Origin: Rhodocyclaceae bacterium
GTDB lineage: Bacteria > Pseudomonadota > Gammaproteobacteria > Burkholderiales > Rhodocyclaceae
Assembly (NCBI GenBank): GCA_017553285.1
Contig: JAFZMK010000085.1
Location: 1-61,470, forward strand
Length of the DNA stretch: 61,470 bases
Reading direction: 5' to 3'
The stretch's first letter is position 1; each line of letters starts with the position of its first letter. Shown piece after piece: positions 18,557 to 29,354 of this stretch. A program made the position numbers and the translations under genes. Under the pieces are notes generated by a model. It worked only from the letters and a program-made list of their open reading frames with translations, had not been told where the DNA came from and searched no databases.

Positions 18557-19498
18557 ATGACTTTGACCGACCTTCGCTATCTGGTCGCGCTCGCCCGTGA
18601 ATGCCATTTCGGACGCGCCGCCGAAGCCTGCCACGTCAGCCAGCCGACGCTGTCGGTGGCCATCAAGAAACTGGAAGACGAACTGGGCGTGTCGCTGTTT
18701 GAACGCGGCGCGAGCGAAGTGCGCATCACCACTGCCGGTGCCTTGGTGGTGGAACAGGCCGCGCGTGTGCTGGCCGATGCCGCGCGCATTCCCGAGCTTG
18801 CGCAAAGCGGGCGCGACCCGCTGCTGGGGCCGCTGCGTGTGGGCGTCATCTACACCATTGGTCCGTATCTGCTGCCCAAGCTGATTCCGCTGGTTCATGC
18901 GCGCGCGCCCGAAATGCCGCTGATTATTCAGGAAAACTACACCACCAATCTGGTCGCCGCGCTCAAGCAAGGTGATCTGGACGTGCTGATTTTGTCCTTG
19001 CCGCTGGAAGAATCCGGCGTCGTCACCCAGGCGCTCTATGACGAACCATTCCGCGTGCTGCTGCCCGCCGGGCATGAATGGACAAAACAAAGAGCCATCG
19101 ACCCGCTGGCGCTGGTGAAAGAAAACATGCTGCTGCTGGGCGTGGGCAACTGCTTTCGCGACCAGGTGCTGCAAGCCTGCCCGCCGTTGCAGAACAACAG
19201 CGCGCTGCAACGCACCTTCGAGGGCAGCTCGCTGGAGACCATCCGCCACATGGTCGCCACCGGGCTGGGCATTACCGTGCTGCCCAGCACCGCTGCCGAC
19301 AACCTGCCCGAACACAACCCGCTGGTGGCGGTGCGCCCGTTCGCCGGGGAAGCGCCCTCGCGGCGTATCGTGCTGGCATGGCGGGTGACCTACCCGCGCG
19401 GCGGTGCCATCGACGTGCTGCGCGAAGCCATTTTCGACACCGATTTGCCCGGCGTGCAGTTTGTGGGCACCAAGCCGCCGCAGCAATCGCACGCATAG
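18557..19498 (+). CDS. oxyR: LysR-family peroxide-sensing regulator OxyR
   Basis: ATG at 18557. HTH region LRYLVALARECHFGRAAEACHVSQPTLS. GNCFRDQVLQAC gives two Cys with the same 9-residue spacing as E. coli OxyR C199/C208. dps lies immediately downstream. Confidence 0.85.
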   Translation: MTLTDLRYLVALARECHFGRAAEACHVSQPTLSVAIKKLEDELGVSLFERGASEVRITTAGALVVEQAARVLADAARIPELAQSGRDPLLGPLRVGVIYTIGPYLLPKLIPLVHARAPEMPLIIQENYTTNLVAALKQGDLDVLILSLPLEESGVVTQALYDEPFRVLLPAGHEWTKQRAIDPLALVKENMLLLGVGNCFRDQVLQACPPLQNNSALQRTFEGSSLETIRHMVATGLGITVLPSTAADNLPEHNPLVAVRPFAGEAPSRRIVLAWRVTYPRGGAIDVLREAIFDTDLPGVQFVGTKPPQQSHA

Positions 19499-19619
19499 TC
19501 TTTTCCAACTGGACGCGCCCCGGAGGGCGGCTCTATCATGATTTGCACGTCCCGCCACGCTTGCGGCGGGGTGACACCAGACCCGTCTCCACACGGAGCA
19601 CAAAACGGAGGAACGCATC

Positions 19620-20090
19620 ATGAAAATCGACATCGGCATCAGCCAGAAAGACCGCAAAGCCATCGCCACCGGACTCTCCCGCCTGCTCGCCGACAGCTAC
19701 ACGCTGTATCTGACCACGCACAATTTTCACTGGAACGTCACCGGCCCGATGTTCAACACGCTGCATTTGATGTTCGAGACGCAGTACAACGAACTGGCGC
19801 TGGCCGTCGACCTGATTGCCGAACGCATCCGTGCGCTGGGTGCGCCCGCGCCGGGCACCTACAGCGAATTTACCAAGCTGGCCTCACTCAAGGAGCCGCC
19901 CGCCGGGCTGAGTGCCGAAGAGATGATTCGCCACCTCGTGCTGGGGCAGGAGACCGTGGTGAAAACCGCGCGCAGCATTTTCCCGCTGGCGGACAAAGCC
20001 AACGATGAGCCGACCGCCGATTTGCTCACCCAGCGGATGCAGCAGCACGAAAAAACCGCCTGGATGCTGCGCAGCCTGCTGGAAGAATAA
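19620..20090 (+). CDS. dps: Dps family DNA-binding ferritin-like protein
   Basis: [38 protein letters not shown]...[11 protein letters not shown] is a Dps ferroxidase signature. GGAGG lies upstream of the ATG. Confidence 0.9.
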   Translation: MKIDIGISQKDRKAIATGLSRLLADSYTLYLTTHNFHWNVTGPMFNTLHLMFETQYNELALAVDLIAERIRALGAPAPGTYSEFTKLASLKEPPAGLSAEEMIRHLVLGQETVVKTARSIFPLADKANDEPTADLLTQRMQQHEKTAWMLRSLLEE

Positions 20091-20122
20091 GGCGCGCGCA
20101 AGGCATCGACCCGCCGCAAAAG

Positions 20123-20160
20123 AAAACGGTGGCTTGCCAGCAATGGCAGCCACCGTTTTT
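20123..20160 (+). terminator. Rho-independent terminator after dps, possibly bidirectional for rppH
   Basis: aaaacggtggcttgcc / ggcagccaccgtttt stem with one bulge and loop agcaat. It is followed by T5 and preceded by an A-rich run. Confidence 0.7.
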
Positions 20161-20184
20161 GTTGGTCGGCGTGTGCGCGGTTTG

Positions 20185-20820
20185 TCAGTCGGCAGAAGCA
20201 AGCTGCTCGCACGCCGATGCGGGCGTTTGTGCCGGCGGCGCGGCAAAGGTCGGGAACGCCGTCATTTGCGCTTGCCGCTGCTGCAACATGGCCAGCCCTT
20301 CCGGCGTGTTCAGCAGCCCGTAAGCGTCGGGCATACGCGGCACCTTGCGGCGCAAAAGCCGTTGCGACAACTCGTGCAGGGCGAGTTGATAAACGTCACG
20401 CTTGAATTCAATCACCGCATCCAGCGGCACCCAATACTGGCACCAACGCCAGGCATCAAATTCCGGGTGCGTGCTGGCGCGCAGGGAAATATCCGTGTCG
20501 CGCCCCACCAGACGCAGCAAAAACCAGATTTGTTTCTGCCCTCGGTAGGTGCTGCGCCACTCGCGTTTAATCCAGTGGCGGGGGACGTTGTAACGCAGCC
20601 AGCTTCGCGTGCGACCGAGAATCTTGACGTGCTCGGGCTGCAAGCCGATTTCTTCGTTCAGCTCACGATACATGGCATCACGCGGGGATTCCCCGTACTT
20701 GATGCCACCTTGCGGAAACTGCCACGAATGCTCTCGGATACGTTTGCCCCAGAAGACCTCATTGCGCGCGTTGACCAGAATGATGCCGACGTTAGGCCGA
20801 TAGCCTTCACGGTCGAGCAT
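20185..20820 (-). CDS. rppH: RNA pyrophosphohydrolase RppH (NudH)
   Basis: ATG at 20820. [15 protein letters not shown]...[28 protein letters not shown] Nudix box. Confidence 0.9.
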   Translation of the reverse strand: MLDREGYRPNVGIILVNARNEVFWGKRIREHSWQFPQGGIKYGESPRDAMYRELNEEIGLQPEHVKILGRTRSWLRYNVPRHWIKREWRSTYRGQKQIWFLLRLVGRDTDISLRASTHPEFDAWRWCQYWVPLDAVIEFKRDVYQLALHELSQRLLRRKVPRMPDAYGLLNTPEGLAMLQQRQAQMTAFPTFAAPPAQTPASACEQLASAD

Positions 20821-20910
20821 GTTCAATCCTGAAAATAAACAATGGCGCGATTCTTCCATAATTGCCGTGCTTTGCCTAGCCTGCGCCCGCCACGGCGCGC
20901 AGGAGCGCCA

Positions 20911-20948
20911 AAAGAAAAACGCGAAACCAGCCTGCGGGCGGTTTCGCG
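20911..20948 (-). terminator. Rho-independent terminator downstream of ihfB
   Basis: Stem aacgcgaaacc / ggtttcgcgtt (20918-20950). On the minus strand it is followed by TTTTTCTTT. Confidence 0.65.
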
Positions 20949-20976
20949 TTTTGCGCTGTGGGGATGTGGCAGAAGG

Positions 20977-21267
20977 CTATTTTTTGGCGGATTGATTTAC
21001 GCGCTCGCGCAATTCCTTGCCGGCCTTGAAATGCGGCACGTGTTTGGCAGGCACCTCTACACGCTCGCCCGTCTTGGGATTGCGCCCGATGCGGGCAGGG
21101 CGGTAGTTGAGGGCAAAGCTGCCAAAGCCGCGAATTTCAATGCGCTGGCCTTCCACGATGGCTTGCGCCATCGTGTCCAGCATGGTTTTCACCGCCAGCT
21201 CGGTATCGCGCATCCCAAGATGCGGAAAGCGCGCTGCCAGCCGTAAGATGAGTTCCGAACGGGTCAT
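20977..21267 (-). CDS. ihfB: Integration host factor subunit beta
   Basis: MTRSELI..LA...EIRGFGSF....[27 protein letters not shown], classical IHF-beta sequence and position after rpsA. Confidence 0.95.
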   Translation of the reverse strand: MTRSELILRLAARFPHLGMRDTELAVKTMLDTMAQAIVEGQRIEIRGFGSFALNYRPARIGRNPKTGERVEVPAKHVPHFKAGKELRERVNQSAKK

Positions 21268-21291
21268 ACGCTATCGAACCTCTTGTGTGGC

Positions 21292-22992
21292 TTACTGCTT
21301 TTGCTCTTCGAGCTTGGCTTTCAGCAGCGCGCCCAGGTTGGTGGTACCACTGGCACCGGCGCTGTCGGCAGACAGGCGGTTTAGGGCTTCGGTTTGCTCG
21401 GCCTGATCCTTGGCGCGGATGGAAAGGTTGATGGAGCGCGATTTGCGATCGACATTGACAATCATCGCCTCGACGCTGTCGCCTTCCTTGAGCACGGTGG
21501 TGAGGTCTTCGACACGCTGCGCGGCAGCTTCGGAGGCACGCAGATAGCCTTCGATTTCGTCGCTCAACGCGATGACCGCGCCTTTGGCATCCACGCTCTT
21601 CACCGTGCCGGTGACCACGCTGTTTTTCTCGTGCGTGGCGATGTAGTTGGTGAAGGGGTCGCCATCGAGCTGTTTGACGCCCAGCGAGATGCGTTCGCGC
21701 TCGACATCGATGCCCAGCACCACGGCTTCGACTTCGTCGCCTTTCTTGAACTTGCGCACGGCTTCTTCGCCCGGCTCGTTCCAGGAAAGGTCGGACAGGT
21801 GCACCAGACCGTCGATGCCGCCATCCAGACCGATGAACACGCCAAAGTCGGTGATCGACTTGATGAGACCGCGAACCTTGTCGCCTTTTTTGTGGTTCAT
21901 GGCAAAGTCGTCCCACGGGTTGGAACGGCACTGCTTCATGCCCAGCGAGATGCGGCGGCGCTCTTCGTCGATTTCGAGAATCATGACCTCGACTTCGTCG
22001 TTCAGTTGCACCACTTTGGACGGATGGATGTTTTTGTTCGTCCAGTCCATTTCGGACACGTGCACCAGCCCTTCAATGCCTTGTTCCACTTCCACAAAGG
22101 CACCGTAATCGGTGATGTTGGTGACGTGGCCGAAGAGGCGGGTGCCTTGCGGGTAGCGGCGGGAAATGCCCACCCACGGGTCTTCGCCAAGCTGTTTCAG
22201 ACCCAGCGAGACGCGCTGGCGTTCCTGGTCGAACTTGAGCACTTTGGCTTCGATTTCGTCGCCCACGGAAATGACTTCCGAGGGGTGACGCACGCGACGC
22301 CATGCCAGATCGGTGATGTGCAGCAGACCATCGATGCCGCCCAGATCGACGAAGGCACCGTAGTCGGTGATGTTTTTGACCACACCTTTGACAATCAGCC
22401 CTTCTTGCAGGCTCTCCAGCAGCTTGTCGCGCTCTTCGCCGGTGGTCTCTTCGAGCACCGCGCGGCGCGAGACGACGACGTTGTTGCGCTTGCGGTCGAG
22501 CTTGATGACCTTGAATTCAAATTCCTTGTCTTCGTAGGGCGTGGTGTCCTTGACCGGACGCATGTCGACGAGCGAGCCGGGCAGGAAGGCGCGGATGCCG
22601 TTGATCATGACGGTCAGGCCGCCCTTGACGCGACCGGAAACGTAGCCGGAAACAATGCTGGCTTCGTTGAGCGCTTTTTCCAGATCGTTCCAGGCCGAGA
22701 TGCGCTTGGCCTTGTCGCGCGACAGGATGGTGTCGCCATAGCCGTTTTCCAGGCTTTCGACGGCAACTTCGACGAAGTCACCGACGGCGACTTCGAGTTC
22801 GCCACGGTCGTTGCGGAATTCGTCGATGGGAATGTAACTTTCGGATTTCAGCGCGGCATTGACGACGACGAAATTGTGGTGAATGGCGACAACTTCGGCG
22901 GTGATGACTTCGCCAGCGCGCATTTGCAGCGCAAAACTTTCGTTGAGAAGGTCGGCGAAACTTTCTTTTGCGGGAGTGGTTTGGGTGGTCAT
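21292..22992 (-). CDS. rpsA: 30S ribosomal protein S1
   Basis: 566 aa with six S1 repeats (DYGAFV.. motifs). N-terminus [19 protein letters not shown]. Confidence 0.97.
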   Translation of the reverse strand: MTTQTTPAKESFADLLNESFALQMRAGEVITAEVVAIHHNFVVVNAALKSESYIPIDEFRNDRGELEVAVGDFVEVAVESLENGYGDTILSRDKAKRISAWNDLEKALNEASIVSGYVSGRVKGGLTVMINGIRAFLPGSLVDMRPVKDTTPYEDKEFEFKVIKLDRKRNNVVVSRRAVLEETTGEERDKLLESLQEGLIVKGVVKNITDYGAFVDLGGIDGLLHITDLAWRRVRHPSEVISVGDEIEAKVLKFDQERQRVSLGLKQLGEDPWVGISRRYPQGTRLFGHVTNITDYGAFVEVEQGIEGLVHVSEMDWTNKNIHPSKVVQLNDEVEVMILEIDEERRRISLGMKQCRSNPWDDFAMNHKKGDKVRGLIKSITDFGVFIGLDGGIDGLVHLSDLSWNEPGEEAVRKFKKGDEVEAVVLGIDVERERISLGVKQLDGDPFTNYIATHEKNSVVTGTVKSVDAKGAVIALSDEIEGYLRASEAAAQRVEDLTTVLKEGDSVEAMIVNVDRKSRSINLSIRAKDQAEQTEALNRLSADSAGASGTTNLGALLKAKLEEQKQ

Positions 22993-23098
22993 GGGAAAGG
23001 GTTGATCCTTGGCGTGCCGCAGGCAAAAAGCGCGCGGGCGCGCCGCTTGGGTGAGTTGAAGTGAAAAAATGACGCGGACTGACTTGCCTTGCGACAGG

Positions 23099-25063
23099 TC
23101 AGACGGGCGCCGCCTGGATGGACTGGAGAACGGTTCGCACGGCGGTGTCGATGTCCATTTCGGTGGTATCGACCAGTTGTGCGTCGGGCCAGTGCTTCAG
23201 CGGGGCGTGTGCGCGGGCGGCATCTTGTGCATCCCGCGCGGCGATTTCCCGCCGAAGACTATCAATATTAGCATGAAAACCCATGGCTTGCGCTTGCCGG
23301 GTGCGCCGCTGGGCGCGTGCTTCGACGCTGGCGGTGAGGAAAAATTTGTGCGTGGCATCCGGAAAAATGACCGAACCCATGTCGCGGCCTTCGGCGACCA
23401 GCCCGGGGGCGGCGCGAAAGTCGCGCTGGCGCTGGAAAAGCGCGCTGCGCACGCGCCCATGCGCGCTGATTTGCGAGGCAAGTTGCGAGATACATTCTTC
23501 GCGGATGGCGTCGGTGACATCGTCGTTTTCCAGCCACACCCGCCCTTGCTCAAAACGGGCGGGCAGTTCGCGGGCAATGCGCGCAAGCGCTTCTTCATCG
23601 TCGGCGGCAATGTGCTGGCGCTGGGCGGCAAGGGCGACCAGCCGGTAGAGCGCGCCGCTGTCCAGATGCGTGTAGCCCAGCGCTTTTGCCACCGCAGCGG
23701 CGACCGTGCCTTTGCCGGAAGCGGCGGGGCCGTCAATGGCAATCACCGGCACCGGGCGGCTGATGGCGGCAAAGGCGGTGAAATATTCGGGGAAGGTTTT
23801 GTTCACGCAAGCCGGGTCGCGGATGGTGATGTCGACGCCGCCCAAGGTTGCCAGCGAAAAACACATCGCCATGCGGTGGTCGTCATAGGTGTCGATGGCG
23901 GCGGCGCGCAGCCGCGCGGGCGGGGTGATGGTGAGCGCGTCGGCGTCTTCTTGCACCTGCGCGCCAAGTTTGCGCAATTCGGTGCGCATTGCGGCCAGCC
24001 GGTCGGTTTCCTTGACGCGCCAACTGGCGATGTTGCGCAGTCGGCAAGGGCCGTCGGCAAACAGGGCGGCGACGGCCAGCGTCATGGCTGCGTCGGGGAT
24101 GTGGTTGAGGTCTAAATCAAACGCGCGCAGGCGGCCATTTTCGGGCGGGCGGGCGAGCATGTGGCGCGGGTGAATTTCGATGCGCGCGCCCATGGTGGCG
24201 AGTGCGTCGGCAAAACGCACGTCGCCCTGAATGCTCTCGGCACCGACGCCGTCGACACGCACCGTGCCGCCGCCAATGGCACCGGCGGCGAGAAAGTACG
24301 AGGCGGACGAGGCATCGCCTTCGACATGCAGCGTGCCCGGGCTGCGATAGCCGTGCGTGCCGGGCAGGCGGAAGGTGTTGGCGTCGACTTCTTCGATTTC
24401 CATGCCGAAACGGCGGGCAAGCGCGAGGGTGAGCGCAATGTAGGGGCGCGAAATGGTCTCGCCTTCCAGCACCAGCGTGACGGGGCGGCGCAGCAGGGGC
24501 AGCGCCATGAGCAAGGCGCTGACGAACTGGCTGGAGACCGTGCCGCGCACGCGCACCTGCGCCGCACCATTGTCTTCATGCGGGGCGATGGCAAGTGGCG
24601 GATAGCCTTCGTTGCCGGTGCAGGTGATCTGCGCGCCGAGGCTGCGCAGCGCGTCCAGCAGGTCGCCAATCGGGCGCTCGTGCATCCGCGCGGTGCCGTG
24701 CAGGTGGTAGTGACCACCGGCGAGCGCCAGCACGGCGGTGAGCGGGCGAAACGCGGTGCCGGCGTTGCCCAGAAAGAGGTCGGCTTCACGCACCGGCAAG
24801 ACGCCGCCGCAGCCGGTAATGACGATGGCGGGCGCTTCATCGCCCTGCGCGCTCTGCGTGCGGCAGTCGATGCCCAGCGCGGTGAGCGCCTCCATCATGC
24901 GCGCGGTGTCGTCGGAAGCCAGACAGTTTTCGATGCGGGTGGTGCCTTCGCTGAGTGCGGCCAGCAGCAGCACGCGGTTGGAAATGCTCTTGGAACCGGG
25001 CAGGCGCACGCGGCCTTCCACGCCTAGCAGCGGCGGCAGCAGCAAATCGGGCGAGGCGCTCAT
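23099..25063 (-). CDS. aroA-cmk: Fused 3-phosphoshikimate 1-carboxyvinyltransferase / cytidylate kinase
   Basis: The N-terminal ~430 aa are EPSP synthase ([20 protein letters not shown]...[11 protein letters not shown]). The frame continues without a stop into Cmk ([33 protein letters not shown]). Confidence 0.9.
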   Translation of the reverse strand: MSASPDLLLPPLLGVEGRVRLPGSKSISNRVLLLAALSEGTTRIENCLASDDTARMMEALTALGIDCRTQSAQGDEAPAIVITGCGGVLPVREADLFLGNAGTAFRPLTAVLALAGGHYHLHGTARMHERPIGDLLDALRSLGAQITCTGNEGYPPLAIAPHEDNGAAQVRVRGTVSSQFVSALLMALPLLRRPVTLVLEGETISRPYIALTLALARRFGMEIEEVDANTFRLPGTHGYRSPGTLHVEGDASSASYFLAAGAIGGGTVRVDGVGAESIQGDVRFADALATMGARIEIHPRHMLARPPENGRLRAFDLDLNHIPDAAMTLAVAALFADGPCRLRNIASWRVKETDRLAAMRTELRKLGAQVQEDADALTITPPARLRAAAIDTYDDHRMAMCFSLATLGGVDITIRDPACVNKTFPEYFTAFAAISRPVPVIAIDGPAASGKGTVAAAVAKALGYTHLDSGALYRLVALAAQRQHIAADDEEALARIARELPARFEQGRVWLENDDVTDAIREECISQLASQISAHGRVRSALFQRQRDFRAAPGLVAEGRDMGSVIFPDATHKFFLTASVEARAQRRTRQAQAMGFHANIDSLRREIAARDAQDAARAHAPLKHWPDAQLVDTTEMDIDTAVRTVLQSIQAAPV

Positions 25064-25974
25064 GCCGGGGTGTCTCCGGCGGCGGGTTGCGCCTGTTCGG
25101 ACTGTTCAATCTGGGCAATCCAGTTGTTGCGCGCTTCGCGGGCGGTGGCAAAGTGCTGGCTGAGCAAATCGCTTTTGCCGGCGAGCAGCAGCGAGCGCAG
25201 ATAGGCCAGCTCGCTGAGGTATTGGTCCAGTTCCGCCAGCAGCGGCTGGCGGTTGGTGATGCAGATGTCGCGCCACATTTCGGGGTGGCTGCCGGCAATG
25301 CGGGTGAAATCGCGAAAACCACCGGCGGCGAAGGCGAAAAGCTGTTCGGCGTTGGCGCGTTTGGCAATGTCGTGCACCAGCCCGTAGGCGAGCAGGTGGG
25401 GCAGGTGGCTGACGGCGGCAAAAATGCGGTCGTGGTCCTGCGGGTGCATTTCCACCACGCTGGCACCGCAGGCGCTCCACAAGTCGCTGACCAGACGCGC
25501 CGAGGCGGTGCTGTTTTCGGGCAGCGGCGTGAGCACGACGCGCCGCCCGTCAAAAAGATGGGCGTGGGCGGCATCCGGGCCGCTGTGTTCGGTGCCGGCG
25601 ATGGGGTGACCGGGGATGACGTGGGTGAGGTGATGCGGCAGGTGGCGGTAGATGGCTTCGACGACGTCGCCCTTGGTGCTGCCGGCATCGGTGACGATGG
25701 TGGTAGGCGCCAGATGCGGCGCGATTTGTTCCAGCACCGCGCCGGTTTGCGCCACCGGGCAGGCAATCAGCACGAGGCTGGCGCCTTCCAGCGCCTGCGG
25801 CCAGCTCTCGGGCGCTTCGTCGATGATGCCCAGCGCCATGGCGCGTTCCAGGGTTTCACGGCTGCGACCCATGCCGACGATTTGTTCGGCAAGCGCGCCC
25901 CGGCGCAGCGCCAGGGCGAACGAGCCGCCAATCAGACCAACGCCGCAAATGACGATTTTTTTGAAGGCTTTCAT
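25060..25974 (-). CDS. tyrA: Prephenate/arogenate dehydrogenase
   Basis: ATG at 25974. [23 protein letters not shown]...DAGSTK...[15 protein letters not shown] overlap with the aroA start. Confidence 0.9.
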   Translation of the reverse strand: MKAFKKIVICGVGLIGGSFALALRRGALAEQIVGMGRSRETLERAMALGIIDEAPESWPQALEGASLVLIACPVAQTGAVLEQIAPHLAPTTIVTDAGSTKGDVVEAIYRHLPHHLTHVIPGHPIAGTEHSGPDAAHAHLFDGRRVVLTPLPENSTASARLVSDLWSACGASVVEMHPQDHDRIFAAVSHLPHLLAYGLVHDIAKRANAEQLFAFAAGGFRDFTRIAGSHPEMWRDICITNRQPLLAELDQYLSELAYLRSLLLAGKSDLLSQHFATAREARNNWIAQIEQSEQAQPAAGDTPA

Positions 25975-26005
25975 GATGCGGAAAAACAGGTAAAAAACGG
26001 AAAAC

Positions 26006-27106
26006 TCAGCGGTGCAGGGCGCGTTCCAGCGCGGCGATGCAGGCGGCGTTTTCCGCCTCGGTGCCGATGCTGATGCGCAACCATTCGGGCAGACCGTAGT
26101 TGGCAATCGGACGCACGATGATGCCTTGGCGCAGCAGCGCGGCATTGACGGCGGCAGCGTCGCCCACTTCCACGGTGAGGAAATTGCCGCAAGACGGCAG
26201 CCAGCGCAGCCCGAGGCGCGCAAACGCTTGCGTGTATTGCGCCATGCCACGGCGGTTGAGTTCGGCGCTGGCGCGCAGAAAGGCGGTATCGCCCAGCGCG
26301 GCTTCGGCAGCGGCCAGCGCGATGGTGGAAACGTTGAAGGGCTGACGCACGCGGTTCATCAGATCAATGACGGCGGGCGCGCCGATGCCGTAGCCCACGC
26401 GCAGCCCCGCCAGCCCGTAGGCTTTGGAGAAGGTGCGCAGCACCAGCAGGTGCTCAAAACGGGCAAGCCAGCCGATGCTGTCATAGCGTTGTTCGTCGGC
26501 GAGGTATTCGGTGTAGGCCTCGTCCAGAATGACCAGCACGTCGCGCGGTACGCACTCGATGAATTGTTCCAGCGCTGCGCCGGGCAAAAACGTGCCGGTG
26601 GGGTTGTTCGGGTTGGCGAGGAAGACGATGCGCGTGTTGGCATCAATGGCGGCCAGCATGGCGTCCAGGTCGTGCCCGTAGTTCTGCGCGGGGACGACGA
26701 TGCCGGTCGCACCCGCAGCCTGCGTTGCCAGCGCATAGACGGCGAAGGAATACTGCGAATAGACCGTCGCCGCGCCGGGGGTGAGGAAGGCATCGGCGGC
26801 GATTTCCAGCAGGTCGTTCGAGCCGTTGCCCAGAATGAGGTTTTCCATCTGCACGCCATAGCGTCTGCATAGTGCGGTTTTCAGCGCAAAACCGTTGCCG
26901 TCGGGATAGCGGGTGCTGTCGGTGACGGTGCGAAAAATGGCTTCGCGCGCGGCTTCACTCATGCCCAGCGGGTTTTCGTTGGAGGCGAGTTTGATGATGG
27001 CATCCGGCGACAAGCCCTGTTCGCGGGCGACTTCTTCAATCGGGCGCCCGGGCTGATAGGGCGAAATGGCGCGGATGTGGGCAGGCGCGTGCTCGGCAAT
27101 GGACAT
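26006..27106 (-). CDS. hisC: Histidinol-phosphate / aromatic aminotransferase
   Basis: ISPYQPGRPIEEV...IKLASNENPLG...RTFSKAYGLAGLRVGY. Lies in the aromatic amino-acid cluster. Confidence 0.9.
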   Translation of the reverse strand: MSIAEHAPAHIRAISPYQPGRPIEEVAREQGLSPDAIIKLASNENPLGMSEAAREAIFRTVTDSTRYPDGNGFALKTALCRRYGVQMENLILGNGSNDLLEIAADAFLTPGAATVYSQYSFAVYALATQAAGATGIVVPAQNYGHDLDAMLAAIDANTRIVFLANPNNPTGTFLPGAALEQFIECVPRDVLVILDEAYTEYLADEQRYDSIGWLARFEHLLVLRTFSKAYGLAGLRVGYGIGAPAVIDLMNRVRQPFNVSTIALAAAEAALGDTAFLRASAELNRRGMAQYTQAFARLGLRWLPSCGNFLTVEVGDAAAVNAALLRQGIIVRPIANYGLPEWLRISIGTEAENAACIAALERALHR

Positions 27107-27124
27107 GCTGCGGCTCCTTTGGGC

Positions 27125-28198
27125 TTACATGGGCGGGATGGGGTAGGAGCCGAGCACCTTGACGTACACGGAACGTTCGTTCAGGGTGGCCAGCGCGCGG
27201 CGGATGGCGGTGTCGGAATGGTGACCTTCCACGTCGATGTAAAAGACGTATTCCCACTGCGCGCCCTTGGCGGGACGGGACTGGAACTTGGACATGTTGA
27301 CGCCAAAGCGGGCGAGCGGTTCCAGCAACTTGTGCACCGAGCCGGGGCGGTGCGGTGTGGAGCACACCAGCGAGGTTTTGTCGTGCCCGGAGGCGGCGGA
27401 ATCGTGCGGACCGATAACCAGAAAACGGGTGGTGTTGTTGGTGTCGTCTTCGATATTGGCAGCCAGCGTGTTGAGTTCGTAGAGACGGGCGCTGGCTTCC
27501 CCGGCGATGGCGCAGGCGGTGGGATTTTCGGCGGCGAGACGGGCGGCTTCGGCGTTGCTGGCGACTGGCGTGCGCGCCAATGCGGGCAGGTGGTTGGCCA
27601 GCCATTGCGAACATTGCGCCAGCGATTGCGCGTGCGAATAGATGCAGGTGAGCTTGTCCATGCTGTCTGCGCGCGAGAGCAGTTGGTGATGGATGCGCAA
27701 GCAGGTCTCGCCGCAGATTTTCAGCGGTGTTTCCAGCAGCAAATCCAGCGTGACGCCCACCGCGCCTTCGGTGGAGTTTTCCACCGGCACCACGCCGTAA
27801 TCGACCGTGCCCGCTTCTACCGAGCGGAACACTTCGCGGATGCTGGGCTGCGGCAAAAAGGTGGGGGCAGCGCCAAAATGCTGCATGGCGGCGCTTTCGG
27901 AATAGGTGCCCGCCGGCCCCAGATAGGCGATGCGCAGCGGGCGTTCCAGCGCCAGACAGGCGGACATGATTTCGCGAAAAATGTGGGTGACGGCGGACGT
28001 GGGCAGCGGGCCGGGATTGCGGGTGGTGAGACTGCGCAACACCTGCGCTTCGCGCTCGGGCCGGTACAGATGCTGACCGGCCTTGAGTTCGCCAATGCGG
28101 CTGGCAGCACGCGCGCGCGCCGCGAGGTGTTTGAGGATTTCACCGTCCAGCAGGTCAATTTCGGTACGAAGCTGAAGGAGTTCTTCTTCGGGGGTCAT
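27125..28198 (-). CDS. pheA: Bifunctional chorismate mutase / prephenate dehydratase (P-protein)
   Basis: ATG at 28198. CM region LLQLRTEIDLLDGEILKHLAARA, PDT region RIAYLGPAGTYSE...ENSTEGAV, ACT region at the C-terminus. Confidence 0.9.
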   Translation of the reverse strand: MTPEEELLQLRTEIDLLDGEILKHLAARARAASRIGELKAGQHLYRPEREAQVLRSLTTRNPGPLPTSAVTHIFREIMSACLALERPLRIAYLGPAGTYSESAAMQHFGAAPTFLPQPSIREVFRSVEAGTVDYGVVPVENSTEGAVGVTLDLLLETPLKICGETCLRIHHQLLSRADSMDKLTCIYSHAQSLAQCSQWLANHLPALARTPVASNAEAARLAAENPTACAIAGEASARLYELNTLAANIEDDTNNTTRFLVIGPHDSAASGHDKTSLVCSTPHRPGSVHKLLEPLARFGVNMSKFQSRPAKGAQWEYVFYIDVEGHHSDTAIRRALATLNERSVYVKVLGSYPIPPM

Positions 28199-28231
28199 GG
28201 CGAAAAGGAACGATGGCAAAAAGAAAACGGG

Positions 28232-29326
28232 TTAGCCTTTGCGGCGGGCGAAGTCTTGCATGTACTCGCACAGTGCGGTGACGGCTGCCAGCGGCACGGC
28301 GTTGTAGAGCGAGGCGCGCAGCCCGCCCACGCTCTTGTGCCCCTTGAGCTGTTGCAGACCGCGCTCGGCTGCGCCGGCGAGAAATTCGGTTTCCAGCCCG
28401 GCATCATGCAGGAAAAACGGCACGTTCATGCGCGAACGGCAGGCGGCATCGACCGTGTTGCGGTAAAAACCGCCGCTGGTGTCGATGGTCTCGTAGAGTT
28501 GTGCGGCCTTTTTCGCGTTTTGCGCGGCGATGGCTTCCAGCCCGCCTTGTTCGCGCAGCCAGCGCAGCACCAGCGCGGCGATGTGGATGGCAAACGTGGG
28601 CGGCGTGTTGAGCATGGAACCGTGCGCGGCTTGCGTGGCGTAATCGAGCAGCGGCGGCGTGATGGGCGCGGCACGCCCGAGCAGATCCTCGCGGATGAAC
28701 ACGATGGTCAGCCCGGCAGGGCCGATGTTTTTCTGCGCACCGGCATAGACCAGCGCGTAACGGCGAAAATCCATCGGGCGCGAAAGAATGTGCGAAGACA
28801 TATCCGCCACCAGCGGCACATCGCCGCACTCGGGCAGTTGCGCCTCATCGAGCACTTCAATGCCGTGGATGGTCTCATTGCTGCACAGATGCACGTAGCG
28901 CGCCTGCGGGTCAAGCTGCATGGCTTCGCGGGGCACGACGCCGCCGACGGCTTCGCCCGCCAGCCGCACCTTGCCGCCCAGTTGCGGCGCCAGCCGTGCG
29001 GCTTCGGTGAACGCTTTTTTCGACCAGGTGCCGGTGACGAGATAGTCCGCACTGCCGCCGTCGAGCAGGTTCATCACAAGCTGCGAGAATTGCAGCGTCG
29101 CCCCGCCCTGCAAAAACAGGATTTTGTACTGCGCAGGCAGCCCCGTGAGCGCGCGCAGGTCGGCTTCGGCTTCTTCCAGGATGCGGGAGAACGCCGCACC
29201 ACGATGGCTCATTTCCAGCACACCGCATCCGGCGCCTTGCCAGTCGGTCATTCCGGCGGCAGCGGCTTCCAGTACGGGCAGGGGCAGCGCGGCGGGGCCG
29301 GCGCTGAAGTTGAAAGCACGGTTCAT
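28232..29326 (-). CDS. serC: Phosphoserine aminotransferase
   Basis: ATG at 29326. MNRAFNFSAGPAALPLPVLE...EMSHRG..F...AGAQKNIGPAGLT. Confidence 0.92.
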   Translation of the reverse strand: MNRAFNFSAGPAALPLPVLEAAAAGMTDWQGAGCGVLEMSHRGAAFSRILEEAEADLRALTGLPAQYKILFLQGGATLQFSQLVMNLLDGGSADYLVTGTWSKKAFTEAARLAPQLGGKVRLAGEAVGGVVPREAMQLDPQARYVHLCSNETIHGIEVLDEAQLPECGDVPLVADMSSHILSRPMDFRRYALVYAGAQKNIGPAGLTIVFIREDLLGRAAPITPPLLDYATQAAHGSMLNTPPTFAIHIAALVLRWLREQGGLEAIAAQNAKKAAQLYETIDTSGGFYRNTVDAACRSRMNVPFFLHDAGLETEFLAGAAERGLQQLKGHKSVGGLRASLYNAVPLAAVTALCEYMQDFARRKG

Positions 29327-29354
29327 GGTGTGCGCATGTGTGAAGGGAAGGGCA

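Noticed and set aside
19499-19619. OxyR operator upstream of dps (ctctatcatgatttgc contains a CTAT element)
   Set aside because: Only a single partial half-site is visible. I cannot demonstrate the four-fold ATAG-N7-CTAT arrangement by eye, so it is not reported as a feature.
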